NCBI GenBank assembly: GCA_024679065.1
Contig: JAGIQG010000016.1
Coordinates: forward strand, 2,170,001 to 2,234,000
Direction: 5' to 3'
Origin: Sphyrna mokarran
Taxonomy: Eukaryota
Length of the DNA: 64,000 nucleotides
Shown: piece after piece, positions 60,291-64,000 of the stretch
How the letters are laid out: every line of letters starts with the position of its first letter
How positions within the stretch are numbered: the stretch's first letter is position 1
Notes under the pieces: model-generated
Told to the model about the DNA's origin: nothing
Database searches by the model: none
What the model saw: only the letters and a program-made list of their open reading frames with translations
Made by a program: the position numbers and the translations under genes

Positions 60291-61599
60291 GGACATTGAG
60301 GGAGAGATTATTGTTGCTGCACCAGTTCACCAGATTCTCTATCTTATTCCTGTACTTCGTTTCGTGGTGTCATCAGCAAACTTGAAAATTAAGTTGGAGG
60401 GGAATTTGGCCACACAGACATGGGTGTACAACAAAAATAGTAAGGGGCTGAGAACACAGTCCCCTATTTTATTTACGAATAGGCATCCGGTGCTGGAAAA
60501 AGATGAACGATTTCCCTAGTTCTGTCAGGGTAAGTTACTCTTCTCATCACTTTCAATTCATACACCCATCACATCAACAGGGAGCTTACTTACTGCCAGC
60601 TCAACGGACAGCACTACTTGCTCTCCGATGCACATCTTTATCTGCCCTAGAGGTAATTTCCTTATCATCTTGCTGCTTTGTGTTCTCCATCTGCACATGT
60701 TTGCTTTTCTCACCTGCTTTCGGCCTTTGCTCAATTTGGGAAAATTCCCTCCTTTGTCTTAGTTAAATGTATTTCCAGTTCCTCTCTTTAACTCTGAAGA
60801 AGTTATTCAGACTTCAAAGATGCTATCTACTGAGGTTTTCCAGCATATTCCTTTGAGATATTCGATATCTCTTAACAAACATTTATTTTGTTAAAATCAT
60901 CACAAAATGTCCAGGAAAATTATCATTCTCTGGATTTCAAACCTTCTCTTGCATTATTACAAAAGTAAAGTTGAGGTCAGTTATCTGGGATTCGAACAAC
61001 TCAGCAATTTACTACCAACCATCTCCTGAACAAAATACTCAGTGACCAGCGCTCCAGTGAGTCGATCTCTCAGTTCAAAGTCTGAGGTTTCAGGTAGTCA
61101 ACTCTTCCAAAGAAGGGAATTTGTAAATTCTTACAGTTAGGAAGGAATGTGCAACTGATTGGATACAATGGCCAAACACAATGGGTTAAATGGCTCTTTC
61201 TCCAACCTATCTTCCATAATTATCTGAATTTTAACTACGCAACACCCGAGAGACAACAATCAAGTTCTATAAATTTGTCATTTTTATACATTTGCTCTCA
61301 CCCCTTGTCTTTACGATTTTTCAATTATTTTGCTTGATCTTGGCTGTGAACATGGTCATATTAGGCAGGAAGTTTGAAGACCAGACTGACTATCTGTTGT
61401 AAGCATTGCTGCATTGTGGTCTGAGCAATTTTGCATTGAATTTCACATTGCACCTCACCCATCACCCACTCCAAATATTCATCCTCAAGGTTTAGGCAGA
61501 TAATTGCAGAGTTTGGGCCCCTCTAGGCAGTTGAAGGCACAGCAACCATTATTGGAGCAAAGAAATCAGGGGATGGTCAAGAGGCTGGAATTGAAGGAG

Positions 61600-61925
61600 C
61601 GGAGAGATCCTGGAGTGTTACAGAGATAGGGAGCATTACAGGCGCTCAAGGAGGTTACAGAGATAGGGAAGGGGGTGTAGAGTCTGGAGAAGATTACAGA
61701 GATAAGGAAGGGTGTAGTGAGCGGAGGGAAATACAGAGATAGGGAGGGCTGTAAGGGCTGGAGGAGGTTACAGAGATAAGGAGGAGTGTAGGAACTGGAG
61801 AAGGATGCACAGATAGGGAGGGATGTAGGGACTGGAGGAGGTTACAGAAATAGGGAGGGATATAGGGGCTGGAGGATGATACAGAGATAGGGAGGGATGT
61901 AAGGGCTGGAGGATATTACAGATAT
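61600..61925 (+). repeat. ~37-bp G-rich minisatellite (GGAGGAGGTTACAGAGATAGGGAGGGGTGTAGGGGCT)n, about 8-9 units
   Basis: Direct tandem repeats. Confidence 0.9.
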
Positions 61926-62263
61926 ATAGATGATCTTTTAACATAAGGAACTGAATTTGAATTTTATGGTGTTTTCTGATGGTGAGTCAGTGTGTATCAG
62001 TGAGCACAGGGGTCATGGGTGAATGAACAAAGAACAACGCAGCACGGGAAACAGGCCCTTCAGCCAAATGAGCCCGTGCCACCATTTTAACAGCGTGAGT
62101 TCCCTCTTTCATCCATGACCCTTGTCTATTCTTATGGAAAGCGTCTAGGTGTAAGTTTGTACACTGGGTCACTGCTGAATTGTTTTCCAATCAGAACTCA
62201 ATAAGAATGATCTTTTACAAAGATTATTAACCATAAATCTGTCCAAGCTGACGATGATACTAC

Positions 62264-62303
62264 CTTGGAGAAGTGACAGGAAGAAGTAAGATTTCCCGAT
62301 CAT
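62264..62303 (-). CDS. Gene B signal-peptide exon MIGKSYFFLSLLQ (exon 62264-62345)
   Basis: ctttcctctttcAG acceptor; CAA G|GTAGT donor, phase 1. Paralogue of 23311-23391. Confidence 0.8.
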
Positions 62304-62457
62304 TATCCACTCCCAGATATTTCACCAGCTTCCCACTCTTAAGCTCTGAAAGAGGAAAGAGTTAATGAGACCTCACCTCTTGTCTGACAGCTCTCAAGAG
62401 ACCAGAACTGCTTCAAGAAAAACATGTTCACAGCACTGCATTAATCCTCAATATTGC

Positions 62458-63025
62458 TTCTCTGACGGTACAGCACTCCCTCAGTACTGACTCTCTGACG
62501 GTTCAGCACTCCCTCAGTACTGACCCTCTAACAGTACAGCACTCCCTCAGTATTGACCCTCTGACAATGCAGCACTCCCTCAGCACTGACTCTGTGACAG
62601 TGCAGCACTCCCTCAGTACTGACCCTCTGACAATGCAGCACTCCCTCAGTACCGACCCTCTGACAGTGCAGCACTCCCTCAGTACTGACCCTCTGACAGT
62701 GCAGCACTCCCTCAGTACTGACCCTCTGACAGTGCAGCACTCCCTCAGTACTGACCCTCTGACAATGCAGCATTCCCTCAGCACTGACTCTCTGACAATG
62801 CAGCACTCCCTCAGCACTGACTCTCTGACAATGCAGCACTCCCTCAGCACTGACTCTCTGACAGTGCAGCACTCCCTCAGTACTGACCCTCTGACAGTGC
62901 AGCACTCCCTTAATATTGACCTTCTGACAGTACAGTGCTCCCTCAGTGCTGACATTCTGATAGTGCAGCACTTCCTCAACACTGACCCTCTGACAGTGCG
63001 CACTCCCTCAGTATTGATCCTGTGA
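62458..63025 (-). repeat. 33-bp minisatellite upstream of the gene B leader, paralogous to 23496-24335
   Basis: Same unit, orientation and position. Confidence 0.96.
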
Positions 63026-63030
63026 GAGTG

Positions 63031-64000
63031 CATAGAACATTACAGCGCAGTATAGGCCCTTTGGCCCTTGATGTTGCGCCAACCAGTGGAACAAATCTAA
63101 TGACCCTCTACCCTAAACTATTCCAATGTTATCCATATGTCTATCCAATGATCATTTGAATGCCCTTAAAGTTGGCAAGTCCACAACTGCTACAGCCAAG
63201 GCATTCCATGCCCTTACTACCCTCTGAGTAAAGAACCTACCTCTGACATCGTCGTATAATTATCACCCCTCAATTTAAAGCTATGTCCCGTCATGTTAGC
63301 CATCATCATCCGAGGAAAAAGGCTCTCACTGTCCACCCTATCTAATCCTCTGATCATCTTGTATGCCTCAATTAGATCATTTCTTAACCTTCTTCTCTCT
63401 AACGAAAACAACCTCAAGTCCTTCAGGCTTCCCTTCAAGTTCTTCAGACCTTCCCAACATACCAGGCAACATCCTAATAAACCTCCTCTGCACCCTTTCC
63501 AATGCTTCCACGTCTTTCTTATAGTGTAGTGACCAGAACTGTACGCAATATCCAAGTGCGGCCGCACCACAGTTTTGTAGTTGCAACATGATCTCACGGC
63601 TCCAAAATTCAATTCCTCTGCCAATAAAAGCTAACACACCGTATGCCTTCTTGACAACCTTATCAACCTGGGTGCCAACTTTCAGGGATCTATGTACATG
63701 TACACCGAGATCCCTCTGCTCGTCGACACTACCAAGAGTCCTTCCATTAGCCCTATATTCTGTAATCCTGTTACTCTTTCCAAAGTGAATCACCTCACAC
63801 TTTTCCATATTAAACTCCATTTGCCACCTCTCAGCCCAGCTCTGCAGCTTATCTATGACCCTCTGCAAACTGTAACATCCATCCTCACTGTCTACAACTC
63901 CTCCGACTTTCGTGTCATCCGCAAATTTACTAACCCATCCTTCTACACCCTCATCTAGGTCATTTATAAAAATGACAAACAGCAATGGCCCCAAAACAGA
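63031..64000 (-). mobile_element. CR1 LINE 3' part, continues beyond the window
   Basis: ORFs 63377-63994 (SKFADDTK) and 63217-63624; tail at 63031. Confidence 0.95.

Larger units (their letters stand above)
33393..62345 (-). other. Gene B: Siglec/CD22/MAG-like Ig receptor (leader-V-C2-C2-TM-cyt1-cyt2-cyt3)
   Basis: Eight phase-compatible exons give one open frame ending in TAA at 33393-33395. Collinear with gene A over many intronic blocks. Confidence 0.85.

Overview
Eukaryotic, repeat-rich vertebrate DNA, almost certainly elasmobranch (shark). Evidence: HE1-type V-SINEs, DeuSINE-like relics, shark-type CR1 LINEs, GT-AG introns. No prokaryotic features or CRISPR arrays. The window holds two tandem minus-strand paralogues of a Siglec/CD22/MAG-like Ig-superfamily receptor, whose exons I assembled by hand from splice sites and reading-frame phase. 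Gene B (coding 62303 to 33393) has leader, V, C2, C2, TM and three cytoplasmic exons; its tail ends in two YAN motifs and has no canonical ITIM. Gene A (23350 to beyond the left edge) has leader, two tandem V-set exons, C2, C2 and TM. All three V domains keep the sialic-acid-binding Y(F/Y)FR arginine but differ strongly in their loops. Gene B has lost both the V-domain inter-domain cysteine and the canonical AG acceptor of its first C2 exon. An orphan, degenerate copy of a cytoplasmic exon lies just upstream of gene A. The rest is mostly repeats: a near-intact full-length CR1 (8-bp TSD, V-SINE-like module in its 3' UTR) inserted in a decayed Gypsy pol; many truncated or nested CR1s; Rex/Babar, Tigger and Harbinger relics; 33-, 26- and 37-bp tandem arrays; several fold-back inverted duplications; and a 129-N gap. 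Gene models are inferred from sequence alone, without transcript evidence.
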